Shown one piece after another: positions 1-12,265 of a stretch of 64,000 nt of DNA. Numbering within the stretch: position 1 is the stretch's first letter; each line of letters begins with the position of its first letter. The stretch spans positions 1,302,001-1,366,000 of the forward strand of contig NC_089429.1 of NCBI RefSeq assembly GCF_026210795.1. The letters are read 5' to 3'. The notes under the pieces are model-generated. The model worked only from the letters and a program-made list of their open reading frames with translations. It made no database searches and was not told the origin of the DNA. The stretch comes from Rhizophagus irregularis. Its lineage: Eukaryota. The translations under genes and the position numbers were made by a program.

Positions 1-731
1 ATAAATCACATCGTCATGTACCTGATACAATTTAAAATGAAATTACTAAATTATATTTTAACAGTAAATACTAAATAATGTGATTTGCAAATACTAAGTT
101 ATGATTGGCTCTTATTAATGTCATGTGATGCATACATAATTTGAAAAATTGAGAATTTTTTTTTAATAAATCGATTCCTTTTTATGTATAGAATTTGTTT
201 TTTTTGTTTGAATAAAATCAGATCACTAGATTAAATTTTATTTTAATTTTTCTAAAAGTTGAGTATAGAGGTAACGCACTGTAGGAACTTTTTATATATA
301 TAATTTATAAATATGAATCAAATAATGTTTAAACCGTTAATAAAATTCATAACTTAAATAAGAAATTATTTTATTAACCTTAGAGTCAAATATCATACAT
401 AATATAAAAAGTATAATATACATTTGATAACTCCTTTCGACCATATATAAATATTCTATAAAATGATTTCTCACGCCAAAAATCATGCTATTTAGTGTAT
501 ATTTAGTAACATGAGAAATAAAAACAATAAAAACTTGTAATAAATTTAAAAATATGTAAATAATTTTTAAATAATTCAAAGAACGTAAATTTAAAAAGGG
601 ATTTAATTTTACTCATAAATCATAATATAATTTGTATAAAATTTATGGGTGGATTAAAACTGAAGGCGGAAATATGATATTTTATGAAATTCAGGACTGT
701 AATTTCTTTATAAAAAGAAAGTAACTCTGAG

Positions 732-1122
732 TAGGGATGGGGTCTGTTCGATTACGTAATTTCGAGCGGTTTTTGGAACCGATCAAAATCCTGTGGGTTT
801 CGAACTTATACGAGCCAAAAATCTTATTGGGAATAGAGAAACACTAATATTTTTACAATAAATAAAAAAAAAGAAAATTTATAAGTCAAAACAATTTTTA
901 ATAGCTTTTAAAAATTGAACCGAACCGGTTCAAAATATGATCAACATCAAAATTATGATGATCATGAACAACTATTGATTGTTAACCAATCAAAATTTTT
1001 TTAATGTATAATCAACATATGTTCAACTTGTGTCTTTAATTTGCTCATATTTTTCTTAATGGGAACCGACGTGGAACCGACGGCAAACCGAAATGGAACC
1101 GAACGAACCGTCCCCATCCCTA
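732..1122. mobile_element. Non-autonomous hAT-superfamily element (MITE), 391 bp
   Basis: Left TIR tagggatggggtctgttcg (732-750) matches the reverse complement of cgaaccgtccccatcccta (1104-1122) at 17/19. Perfect 8-bp TSD actctgag at 724-731 and 1123-1130. Ac/Ds-like TAGGGATG termini; repeated subterminal (g)aaccg motifs. Confidence 0.92.
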
Positions 1123-2834
1123 ACTCTGAGACCAAGTTATTGATAATTATATTATAACGGAATATTTAATAATATTCACATTTCCAACTAAATATTTTCA
1201 AGATGAACCGAAATTTTATTTTTGTCTTAAGTCATGATATAAACCAAGGTCCCGTAGGTATAGACTTTTAATAAAGATTTACTACTACTACAGAAGATGT
1301 TTCGATACCAAGAGTCTTCAAGCAACCATTAGAATTATTATTTTTTTTAATAATAACTGAAATATAGTATAATTTAAATCTTTCTTAAAGCTTATTTAGA
1401 ATTTAAAAGAAGATAAATAGTAGGCTTTAAATAATATGAATTTTTATTAAAAACTTATTTAAATTGATAAATCTTATTTTAAAAAAAATTTAGCGTTTGT
1501 ATATTTTGAATAAATTAAATATCCGAATAAATAAATATTAATTAATATAAGTAAATTAGAATGTTTATTTCTAACTTTCATAATTATTAGCTGTAATTTG
1601 TTCGTCGTGTTTACAGCAGGATTAATGAGTTTAAATCATGATGAAATTTCTGATATTAATTTTATTATTTTTTTTTTGGCTGGATATTTTTTAAAAAAAT
1701 ATTTATTTCGATTACATCACAGAAAAAAATTAGGAAAAAGAAAGTAAAAAAAATTAACCAAGAAAAAAAATATTATTAGCGCTTGCCGTAGCACCGCCGA
1801 TCATTGACCAAACCTAAGAGGTGAAAGGTACAAAGAAAAAAATATTACTATATAGAAATAAAAAACAAGTAAAAATAAAAAAATTTGTTTAAGGAAAAAA
1901 AAATGGCTTAAAATAAAAAAAAAATAGATATTCTTTCGGCTTCTTGTCAAAAAAATTTTTTTAAAAAAAAAAATCAACGTTCTGCTAATGGAAATAAACT
2001 AAACTTTTTCGTTAGTATACTTTTTTTCGTCAGTATTATAAAAAGTCTGATCGAAATTTCATTAACTGGAACTGGATTACATTCATGACCCCATTAGTAT
2101 ATCATGCGTTTCACATTATACAATTCAATTTATTTATACGGGTCAGGGAATTTTGTTAATATTTTAACTTTCTATAAATAATATTAAAATGATATACTAG
2201 TAACAGCACAAAAAATTGGCATTACGAATATTTTTTTTGATATATTTAAGGGAATACTCTACCCTTTAAATGATGTTTTTGCTTTAGCAAAATCATAAAA
2301 AAAAATTTGATAATTTACGAGATTTTACAGTATTCAAATTTATAATAGTATTTATTATGACGAATCGACGAAGCTCTGGAATAAAATTTTTATACGTCCA
2401 ATTGGCCTTACAAAATAATTTTTAAACCTTATTTCATATTTAGAATTCTTTTTACCCATTATTGTTCTAATTCTCTTTGTTTCTTTTCACTTTTTTTTTC
2501 ATTTCCTTTCTTAATTTGTGTAACATTTTTGTTTCCATTATTACCTTCTATGATGAAATGATATTTACGCCTAATACCTAAAAATATTTCCGCTAGTTGA
2601 TCTTACTAACTAAATAAGTAAAAAAAATAATGCCGATGCGTCATCCTTATGCATCTGCTCTTCGATAAAGTATTTCTAAATTTAAAAACGAACTTTCCAT
2701 AATAATTCAAAATTCCATAATTAAACAATCATTTCAAACTATATAGATAAAAATATAAATAAATATCAATAAAATACGTTCAAATTTTCCAAATTCATTA
2801 TTGTTATCGATACTTGATTAATTAATATAGTAAA

Positions 2835-5162
2835 ATGGAACTCGTAAATACAAATGATGAAATTTTTTTTGACCCAACACCAAGATTAAAATCTAGTCCT
2901 ATACCAATTAAATTTATTTCTTTTAATAGTAGTGATGAAAATTGCTTTAATTGTGGAGAAACATATACTGAGACACATTTTGCTCAAAAATATTGCAAAA
3001 AATGTTTATCGCATTATATTAATGATATAACTGATTATAATGGTATATGCTTGGACGTACATTACACAATGGAATTGGAATGTAATAAACATGAGATAAT
3101 CAAGACAAAAGTACCACAAAGTATTCAAGAATGCTGTGGAAATTGTTCGATAATTCCATTATTTAAGCAAATAGAAGGATATTTAAGTAAATATAATTAT
3201 CTTGATAACAATAGTCTCCGCATATACAATAAGGTGATTGAAAGTGGAAAACATTGTCAATTATGTGGAAAGTCATTAGATAAATATATTACAAAAGAAT
3301 TTAAATTATGCTCAGATTGTTATCTAATTTCATTTGAATGGATAGAATCAACCTTGGTCAAAAAGAAAATTTTAATTCTTTACTTACCATGGTGGCACAA
3401 TGGTTTGTTATGTATAAATTGTAGGTCAGAATTAATATTTACATCAGATTGTCAAAAGTATTGTGACAAATGTCTTATAATTTATATTGGGTGCAGATAT
3501 TGTTTAACAACAAACATTATTTATGGACTTACAGACCAAACTCAATGTAGAAAATGTAAAAGAATATCACTCATTATATACAGTAATGTAGATAGAGATC
3601 TCGTTGTTTTCCATCTTAATGATAATTATATATATGACAATTTAGATTTTGATTATATTGCAAATATTGTAAAACCAATTGATAAATATTTTGAACCACA
3701 AACTCTATTTAGTTCTATTATTAAAAAACAAATTGTAAAAAATGAAAATATAAAGACATATGGGTGGATACCATATTCTCAATTTAAAAATATAAAAGAA
3801 ATGACAAAAGGGGGATATGGTATTATATATAAAGCAACCTTGTTAGGTTATAATAAAACACTAAAAACAGTCATTTTAAAAAGATTTGAAAATTCTAAAA
3901 ATAATATTAAATATTTCATAAATGAGGTGAATATTTTTAAATATTTTCGTGAACGATTTTTTACTAAATTATTTAGTCTTTAATCCTTACTTAAAATTTT
4001 TAAATTTAATAGTTAAAATCAAATCAACATTGTTCCAATAAGCTGATTTATAATTATATAATTGATATTTATGGCTTTACAATGGATCCTGAATTAGGTG
4101 ATTATATATTAGTTATGGAATATGCGTCAGAGGGAGATTTACATAAGTATTTACAAAAGAACTTTACAAATATTGCGTGGAATAATAAAAAACTTTTTAT
4201 TTTACAGCAAATTTTAACAGGGTACTTATATTTTAAATGCATTCATTATATTCTTAAATTAAGTTATTAACATTTTTTTTTATTTAGGCTTGAATATATT
4301 CATAATAATGAATTTATACATCGAGATTTCCATAGCGGAAATATATTATTAGATTTTAAATGGAAAATTGGGGATCTGGGATTATCACAATCTGTAAATA
4401 ATGAATCATCAAATGATGAAATATATGGAGTTATACCTTATATTGCACCAGAAATATTTAAAGGATCTGCATTTTCTAAAGAAGCTGATATTTATTGTTT
4501 GGGTATGATTATGTGGGAACTTACGACGGGTTGTAAACCTTTTGCTAATGTTAAACATGATATTCATCTTATTTATAAAATTCTTGATGGAGAACGACCC
4601 AAAATTACAGAAGATACACCAGAATGTTATGCTAATTTAATGAAAAGTTGTTGGGATCCTGATCCAAAAAAAAGACCACCGATAAAAGAAATTTATTTAA
4701 CTCTTGGTAATTGGATTTATGAAAGTAAATACAATGAAGAATTTGTACAAGCTGAAGAAAAAAGAAATAAACTGATAAAATTAAAGAAGATTGGTCCTGA
4801 ATTTGCTGAAAAATATCACCCAAAAGCCATATATACAAGTAGGCCATTAAGTGCTTTAATTTCTAAATGTTTATCCACAAATTCATCATCAACAATTTCA
4901 TTTGTTAATAATCAAGGTACTACTATAAAAAATTTAATTGTAATTAAAAATATTATGTACAGTAATCTTTAAAATGCATGTTATTTTCTTTAGATTATAA
5001 TTATATTTCGAAAGAAAACGAGCTTGATATAGACATTGAAAGGTATTTACAATTATATTTTTTAAATGATACACTACTAATTAAATTAATATTAATTTGT
5101 AATTTAGTTTATCATCGCAAAATTTAACAGTTCAAAATCCTTCAGCCTCATTAAAAAAGTGA
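2835..5162 (+). CDS. Protein kinase (TKL-like) with N-terminal multi-CxxC Cys-rich domain; exons ~2835-3926, 4013-4221, 4288-4916, 4994-5042, 5108-5162
   Basis: GT-AG introns join the ORF-track pieces in frame. Motifs: KGGYG loop, VILK, LVMEYA, HRDFHSGNILL, GDLGL, PYIAPE, DIYCLGMIMWE, CWDPDPKKRP. Confidence 0.85.
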
Positions 5163-5449
5163 AACAATGAAAAATTAAACCTTGAAACATATGATAAAAT
5201 AGTGGTAAATATACTTGTTGTTTATTTTTTTAAACTCAAAATATTTTAAAGTAGAAAAACGTATTAAAACCAGTAGTTAATATTCGTTGTATTACATGTA
5301 TTAGGCCTTTTAAATTATATTATATTGATTTTTACGTATTTATAATAAATATCATTTATTTTATTTAAGAAATATTCGTGATTAAACTAAATCCCTAAAA
5401 AAATAAAACGTAAAAAGTCACAAATCCTTTAACTGCTTAGTTAATTGTA

Positions 5450-6420
5450 GATATTCCTATCAACTAATTTTTACTAGTAAATTTTATTACCATGTGTAAG
5501 ATTATTATTATTAAACAATTTTAATTACAAATTTTTAAGATCAACTTTTATTATAGATAAAGTCTAATATCGCGAATAAATTTTTATAATTTGTAATAAG
5601 ATTGGAAATTTTTATTGAATACTCGAATCTAAATTTTAGCTAATAAAGGGACTTTAAATTGTACTATCATCGAAATATTAATATTTTTTTCTTAATATAA
5701 TAAAAAAATCAAAATCAACATTAAAAAATTGAATAATTTAAATAGTATACTAATTCATTAAAAGTTTATTGCAATACTGTAATATTTACTAATAACTTAA
5801 AATTAATTATAAGCTAAGAAATTTATGAAATCTTACTATTCTAATCTTAGTGCTATAGATAATTTTTCGGTATCTAAATGTTTTTGAAAAAATTCTTTAT
5901 CATTTGCATCAATATTAGGATTATTGTGATTTTCATAGAAAAAATGTTTCGTTACTTGTTTTGTATACCATCAATAACTAAGGATCATAATTTATTTTAT
6001 TTGATATTAACTATCTTATAAGTTTCTTAATAATTTAACGTAAAATCAATATTTATAAGTTTAAATAAGATGCTATTGTAAAAAATTTACGTCGCTTCTT
6101 GTCATACTTTCTTGAAGTTAAAGATGATTATTCTTTCAACTTGTTTTAATAAATTCATCTATAACGAATGGAATAATCTGTCGTGGTTTTACAATATTTA
6201 TGACATAAATTTACGTTAGGATACTTAATTTTCGTCTAAATTAATATACGGTAGTATTGCTTATTTATAAATTTAATAATTTGAATAATTTTATTAAAAT
6301 TATTTAAATTACAAACTAAGAATTTTGTAAAACATTTAACTATTCTAGTCTTAGTGTTTAAATAATCCAAGATAAAAATAAATGATAATAATTTAAAAAA
6401 ATGATTCAAAATCCATCTAA
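5450..6420 (-). pseudogene. Heavily degraded coding relic, possibly a hAT transposase C-terminal part
   Basis: Stop-riddled minus-strand fragments (e.g. KFPILLQII near 5600) loosely resemble the hAT dimerisation region. Weak by-eye similarity only. Confidence 0.25.
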
Positions 6421-6892
6421 AGTTAAAAAGTAACAAATTGTAAATTAACACCCAAGTAGGATTTTAAGGCGATTTTTTACTTTAAAAGGCAAAAATTTTG
6501 GTTGATCATTTCATTTCAGTCAGATTTTCACCAAAATTTTCTATTCCGTTTTTGAAAATCATCCACATGCATAGTTGCCATGGATACAAAAAAAATTGCC
6601 TTTTTCGTAAAAAACTCTCAGTTTAATCTTAAATATTAGTACAGTACTGTACATGTACATGTACAAGTACAAGAGCAAGAACATGAACATGTACATGTAC
6701 ATGTACAGAGAAAGTGAACATTCACTATGGAAACTTTTTGCGCTGAGTTTAACTGTGCTGCTCAAAAAGAATGTTAACTTGACAGATCATGAAATAGTAT
6801 GTTGATCATTTTTTATTAAAATGTGAAAAATTTTTTTTTTTTTAATTAAAAATGTCAAAAACTTGATTAAAAAACAAAAAAAAATTAAATTT

Positions 6893-8460
6893 TTTAATTA
6901 AAAAAGTCAGACTTGACGTTTTTTGTTATTAAAAATAAAAAAAAAATGATTTTATTAATCAAAAATGTCAGACTTGACGTTTTTTGCAAAAAAAAATGAT
7001 TTTTTTTTAATTAAAAACGTCAGACTTGACGTTTTTTGTTATTAAAAATCAAAAAAAAAATATATTTTTTAATTAAAAACGTCAGACTTGACGTTTTTTG
7101 TTATTAAAAATCAAAAAAAAATATATATATTTTTTAATTAAAAACGTCAGACTTGACGTTTTTTGTTATTAAAAATCAAAAAAAATATTTTTTTTAATTA
7201 AAAACGTTAGACTTGACGTTTTTTGTTATTAAAAATCAAAAAAATATTTTTTTTAATTAAAAACGTCAGACTTGACGTTTTTTGTTATTAAAAATCAAAA
7301 AAAAATATTTTTTTTAATTAAAAACGTCAGACTTGACGTTTTTTGTTATTAAAAATCAAAAAAAAATATTTTTTTTTAACTATAAACGCCAGACTTGACG
7401 TTTTTTGTTATTAAAAATCAAAAAAAATATTTTTTTTAATTAAAAACGTCAGACTTGACGTTTTTTGTTATTAAAAATCAAAAAAAAATATTTTTTTTAA
7501 TTAAAAACGTCAGACTTGACGTTTTTTGTTATTAAAAATCAAAAAAAATATTTTTTTTAATTAAAAACGTCAGACTTGACGTTTTTTGTTATTAAAAATC
7601 AAAATAAAATATATTTTTTTAACTATAAACGCCAGACTTGACGTTTTTTGTTATTAAAAATCAAAAAAAATATTTTTTTTAATTAAAAACGTCAGACTTG
7701 ACGTTTTTTGTTATTAAAAATCAAAAAAAAATATATTTTTTAATTAAAAACGTCAGACTTGACATTTTTTGTTATTAAAATCAAAAAAAATGATTTTTTT
7801 TTAATTAAAAACGTCAGACTTGACGTTTTTTGTTATTAAAAATCAAAAAAAAATATATTTTTTAATTAAAAACGTCAGACTTGACGTTTTTTGTTATTAA
7901 AAATCAAAAAAAATGATTTTATTAATCAAAAATGTCAGACTTGATGTTTTTTGCAAAAAAAATGATTTTTTTTTAATTAAAAACGTCAGACTTGACGTTT
8001 TTTGTTATTAAAAATCAAAAAAAAAATATTTTTTTTAATTATAAACGTCAGACTTGACGTTTTTTGTTATTAAAAATCAAAAAAAATATATTTTTTAATT
8101 AAAAACGTCAGACTTGACGTTTTTTGTTATTAAAAATCAAAAAAATATTTTTTTTAATTAAAAACGCCAAACTTGACGTTTTTTGTTATTAAAAATCAAA
8201 AAAAAGTGATTTTTTTAATTAAAAACGTCAGACTTGACGTTTTTTGTTATTAAAAATCAATAAAAAATATTTTTTTTAATTAAAAACATCAGACTTGACG
8301 TTTTTTGTTATTAAAAATCAAAAAAAATATTTTTTTTAATTAAAAACGTCAGACTTGACGTTTTTTGTTATTAAAAATCAAAAAAAAATATTTTTTTAAT
8401 TAAAAACGTCAGACTTGACGTTTTTGTTATTAAAAATTAAAAAAAAATGATTTTTTTTTA
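6893..8460. repeat. Tandem array of ~60-bp units (~26 copies), each with a hairpin AAAAACGTCA-gact-TGACGTTTTT
   Basis: Consensus ttaattaaaaacgtcagacttgacgttttttgttattaaaaatcaaaaaaaaatatttttt repeated head to tail; variation is mostly in A/T homopolymer length; no unique spacers. Confidence 0.95.
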
Positions 8461-8467
8461 ATTATAT

Positions 8468-10711
8468 TAGTGTACTTTTGGATATAATGGGTGAGTTTAT
8501 TTTAAAAGCATACTAATACTACTAATAAATTAATAAAAGATTTTTTTATAACAATAGATTGTGTTTAGTGAGATTTATGAAAAAATTTTATGAAATTTTT
8601 TTTAATAAGAATAGCTTTGTATAAAAAATTTTCTAGAATTTTTTTTTAATAACGATATATCAGCATAGTAGTAATAGTACAATAGGGTTAACTATACAAT
8701 AAATAGATGTAATAAATTTTTTGGAATTTTTTTTTAATAACAGTAAATTGGTATCATATAATAGATGATATAATAAATTTTTTTTGGAATTCTTCCTTAA
8801 TAACAATATATTGGTATAGCACAATAGATAGATATAATAAAAATTTTCTGTGATTTATTTTTTAATTTCAATAGATTGGTAACTTATTAACGGAAGTTAA
8901 TAATTTTTTTACAGTTCACAGTAACACTAATATTACTTTTTTTTTTTAATCGCAGCGCATTTGCAGTTTTATTAAAGTAGAAAAATAAAAGAATATGTAT
9001 ACATAGTATGATTCTAAAAGCTACTCTAATATAATTAAACTACAAACCACTCGTCATACGTATAGTACCCCACGTGTGCACTGTCGAGTGATCGTTAGAC
9101 TCAGTAGGTAGACAACATTTGTAATGCGTTATCTTAGCCAGACGGCCCTATCTTCAACATAGTAACACTAATATTACTAATAAGTAATGATAATAAAAGA
9201 TTTTAATTACATTTAATAAGGTTAATAAAAAAATTTTTTGAGATATAATAGAATGGTATAGTACAATAGATAGATATAATAAAATTTTCTGGGATCTATT
9301 TTAATAATAACAGATTGGTATAATACAATGTATAGATATAAAAAAATATTTCTGAATTCTTTTTTTTAATAATAGATTGATATGAATATATTTTCTGGGA
9401 TTTTTTTTTAGCAATAAGTCATTATATCAGTATAAAATTTTCTGGATTTTTTTTAATAACAATAGATCAGTATGGTATAATGGATAGAAATAAAAAATTT
9501 TAAGGATTTTTTTTTTAATAACAATACTAGATTGGTATAGTACAATAGTTACTAGATATAAAATTTTCTGGGATTATTTTAATAACAATAGATAGGTATA
9601 GTACAATGGACTAATTTAATAAATTTTTTTGTGTTTTTTTTAATAACAATAGATTGGTAATAGACAACTGATTATTAATTTGTTCAATTAATAATTGTTT
9701 TTTAGTAAGATTTTTTCCAGTAATACTACTACTAATAGGTATTAATAGTTAGTTTAATGAGTTAATAAAAGATTTTTTATAAATAGATTATATTTAATGA
9801 CATATAAAAAAATTTTGGGAGATTTTTTTTAATAACAATAGATCAATACAAAAAATTTACTGAGACTTTTTTTAATAACAATAGATTGGTATAGTACAAT
9901 GAATAGATATAAAAAAATTTTAACTTTTTTTTTAATAATAGATTGATATAAATATATTTTCTGAATTTTTTTTTAACAATAGAGTCAATAAATCAATATA
10001 AAAAATTTTTTTGATAACAACAGATCAGTACTATATTATAATGGAGAGATATAAAAAATTTTTTAGATTTTTTATTAATATAATAGATCAGTTTCTGGAA
10101 TTTTTTTATGACAAATTAGTATAGTACAATATATAAAATTTTCTGGGATTTATTTAAATAACAATAGATATGATAAAATTTTTGGTGATTTTTTTTTAAT
10201 AGCAATAGATTGGTAATAGACAATTATTACTGTGACCAAAACTGATCTGATTTACCAATTCATTATCAGTTCAGTTTTTAATGTTTTCACAACATTTTTT
10301 ATTGTCTATTACCAATCTATTGTTACTAAAAAAAATAATCACCAAAAATTTATCATACCTATTGTTATTAAAATAAATCTCAGAAAATTTTTTTATTAAC
10401 CTTATTAAATGTAATCTATTGTTATAAAAATCTTTCATTTATATTACTTACTAGTAATATTAGTGTTACTGTGAACTATAAAAAAATCTTACTAAAAAAC
10501 AATTATTAACAAGTTAATTGTCTATTATCAACATATTGTTATTAAAAAAAAATCCCAGAAAATTTTTTTATACCAAACTATTACTAAAAAGAAATCTCAT
10601 TAAATTTTTTATAAATCTCACTAAACACAATCTATTGTTATAAAAAAATCTTTTATTAATTTATTAGTAGTATTAGTATAAAACTCACTCACTATATCCA
10701 AAAGTACACTA
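8468..10711. mobile_element. Foldback-like element: long inverted arms built from degenerate 'aataacaatagattggtatagtacaat' subrepeats
   Basis: Termini tagtgtacttttggatata (8468) and tatatccaaaagtacacta (ends 10711). 8511-8578 is a perfect 68-bp reverse complement of 10611-10678. An inner inverted pair ~10140-10225 / ~10300-10388 surrounds a ~70-bp loop. Confidence 0.7.
8938..9160 (-). mobile_element. Short poly(A)-tailed retroposed insert (5'-truncated LINE 3' end, SINE or retrocopy)
   Basis: 18-bp direct repeat agtaacactaatattact at 8920-8937 and 9161-9178. Poly-T at the left edge is poly(A) on the minus strand, with AATAAA ~20 nt before it. The empty site is preserved in the opposite foldback arm (~10448-10477). 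Confidence 0.85.
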
Positions 10712-11872
10712 GTTAGTAAAATGCAAATTGTTGATCAAAACTTTATGTTGTACCCCACATAAATTTTATGACCTTGAGGCGTAGTATATTACTACCATTT
10801 ATTATTGTACTTTCTATGCTTAGTATTATAATTTAAAAATTAATAATTTACTTTTTATTTATTTTTTTTTTTCAGCGAATACAATTTGTGTTTGACAAAT
10901 TTGATTGTCATATTTAATGAATAGATAGTATCCTTGATTATTGATTAATATTCAAAATAATTTGATAAACAAAATCAATGATTGTAATTCAATAGACTAT
11001 TAATTTGTTGTTATTTTTAAATCTTATTTAAAAAATTAAATATAAACATGATTGATGAAAAGTCAATTTAGTTATTTTCAATTGAATTTATTTTAAATAA
11101 ACAACGTGGCGAATCATATCTAAGGGAAAAATTTCTTAATTATTTTTTTTTTAAGATGTAATGATGGAGTCGCAAATATAGGTTTAAATAAAAATATATG
11201 GTTTAATAAAAAAAAATAAAATTGAATGAAAGAAACTATTACGTAACAATTTAGTGTAATAATAAACTAGAAAAACGGAAACCGTTTAAGTCCTTCGCGT
11301 TGCATAACTCGCAAGTGTTACGTGATCTACGTGTCATTTATTTATTTGGCATATTTCGGGTCAAATAGGCATGTTCAAAAAAAGGAAATAAAATTGTCGA
11401 TTGTGACAGGGACAAAAACGGGGGTTAAACCAAATTTTGCTAGTTAGATAGGCATAATAAAAGGGCAAATAAAAAGCGTTAGGATGCAAATCAATTAATT
11501 AATCGGCCTGGTTGTTCCGATATTTGTCGCATAATACATTTACGTAATAATTATATAAACATTTTTTTTTGAAAGTTAAAACAGCTGATTATGCAGCTGG
11601 ACATGTAGTAACCTTGTAGTAACGGCGGATTATGACGTTTCTAATTGATAATTTTTGTTTACATTACAGGATGAACAAAATATTATTAAACTTATTTCAT
11701 TTTTTATAAATATTTTAAACGAAGACATAATCAATTTTTTAAAAATTGGGTAAATTTTCATTCAATAACATTAAAACTAGATAAGACAATAAAATTTATT
11801 AAATATTAATACTAAATTGATTCAATTTTATTTTATTATTTTTTTAAAATCATCATCATTTAAATAATTTAA

Positions 11873-12265
11873 TGCCGATTCGTCTAAGAACGGCACTGCG
11901 TTGCTAAATTTGCCAATTTTGTGCTAGAACACAATCCTCAAAAAAGGATATTTTCATAGACGACATATTAACTGTAAATAAAAGTCATATGATATACTGA
12001 AAAAATACGTTCATATGCAAAATAATGAATTTACTATGTACGCGCGTCACATTTACACCTTAAAATATAGGAAATTTTAATATTTTATTTTGATATATTG
12101 CGTTATTTACATTAGAAAAATATAATTTTTAGCTTTCAAAGTTGTTTTTAAAGATTTTTTGAATCTATTCCACGCATGAGATGTGAAAAACGCTTTTTTT
12201 TATTATTGCTATTATTCCCGAATTTTATTAGTAACGCAGTGCCGATTATTTTAGACGAATCGGCA
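11873..12265. mobile_element. MITE-like element (~390 bp) with ~35-bp imperfect TIRs
   Basis: tgccgattcgtctaagaacggcactgcgttgcta (11873-11906) matches the reverse complement of tagtaacgcagtgccgattattttagacgaatcggca (12229-12265). TTAA flanks both sides (right one offset by 1 nt); superfamily uncertain. Confidence 0.7.

Noticed and set aside
6559..6765. 68-aa ORF with YMYMYM
   Set aside because: Produced by a (tgtaca)n-type microsatellite.
6893..8460. CRISPR array
   Set aside because: The repeats are palindromic, but the intervening sequence is the same A/T tract each time. There are no unique spacers and no cas genes, and the context is eukaryotic.
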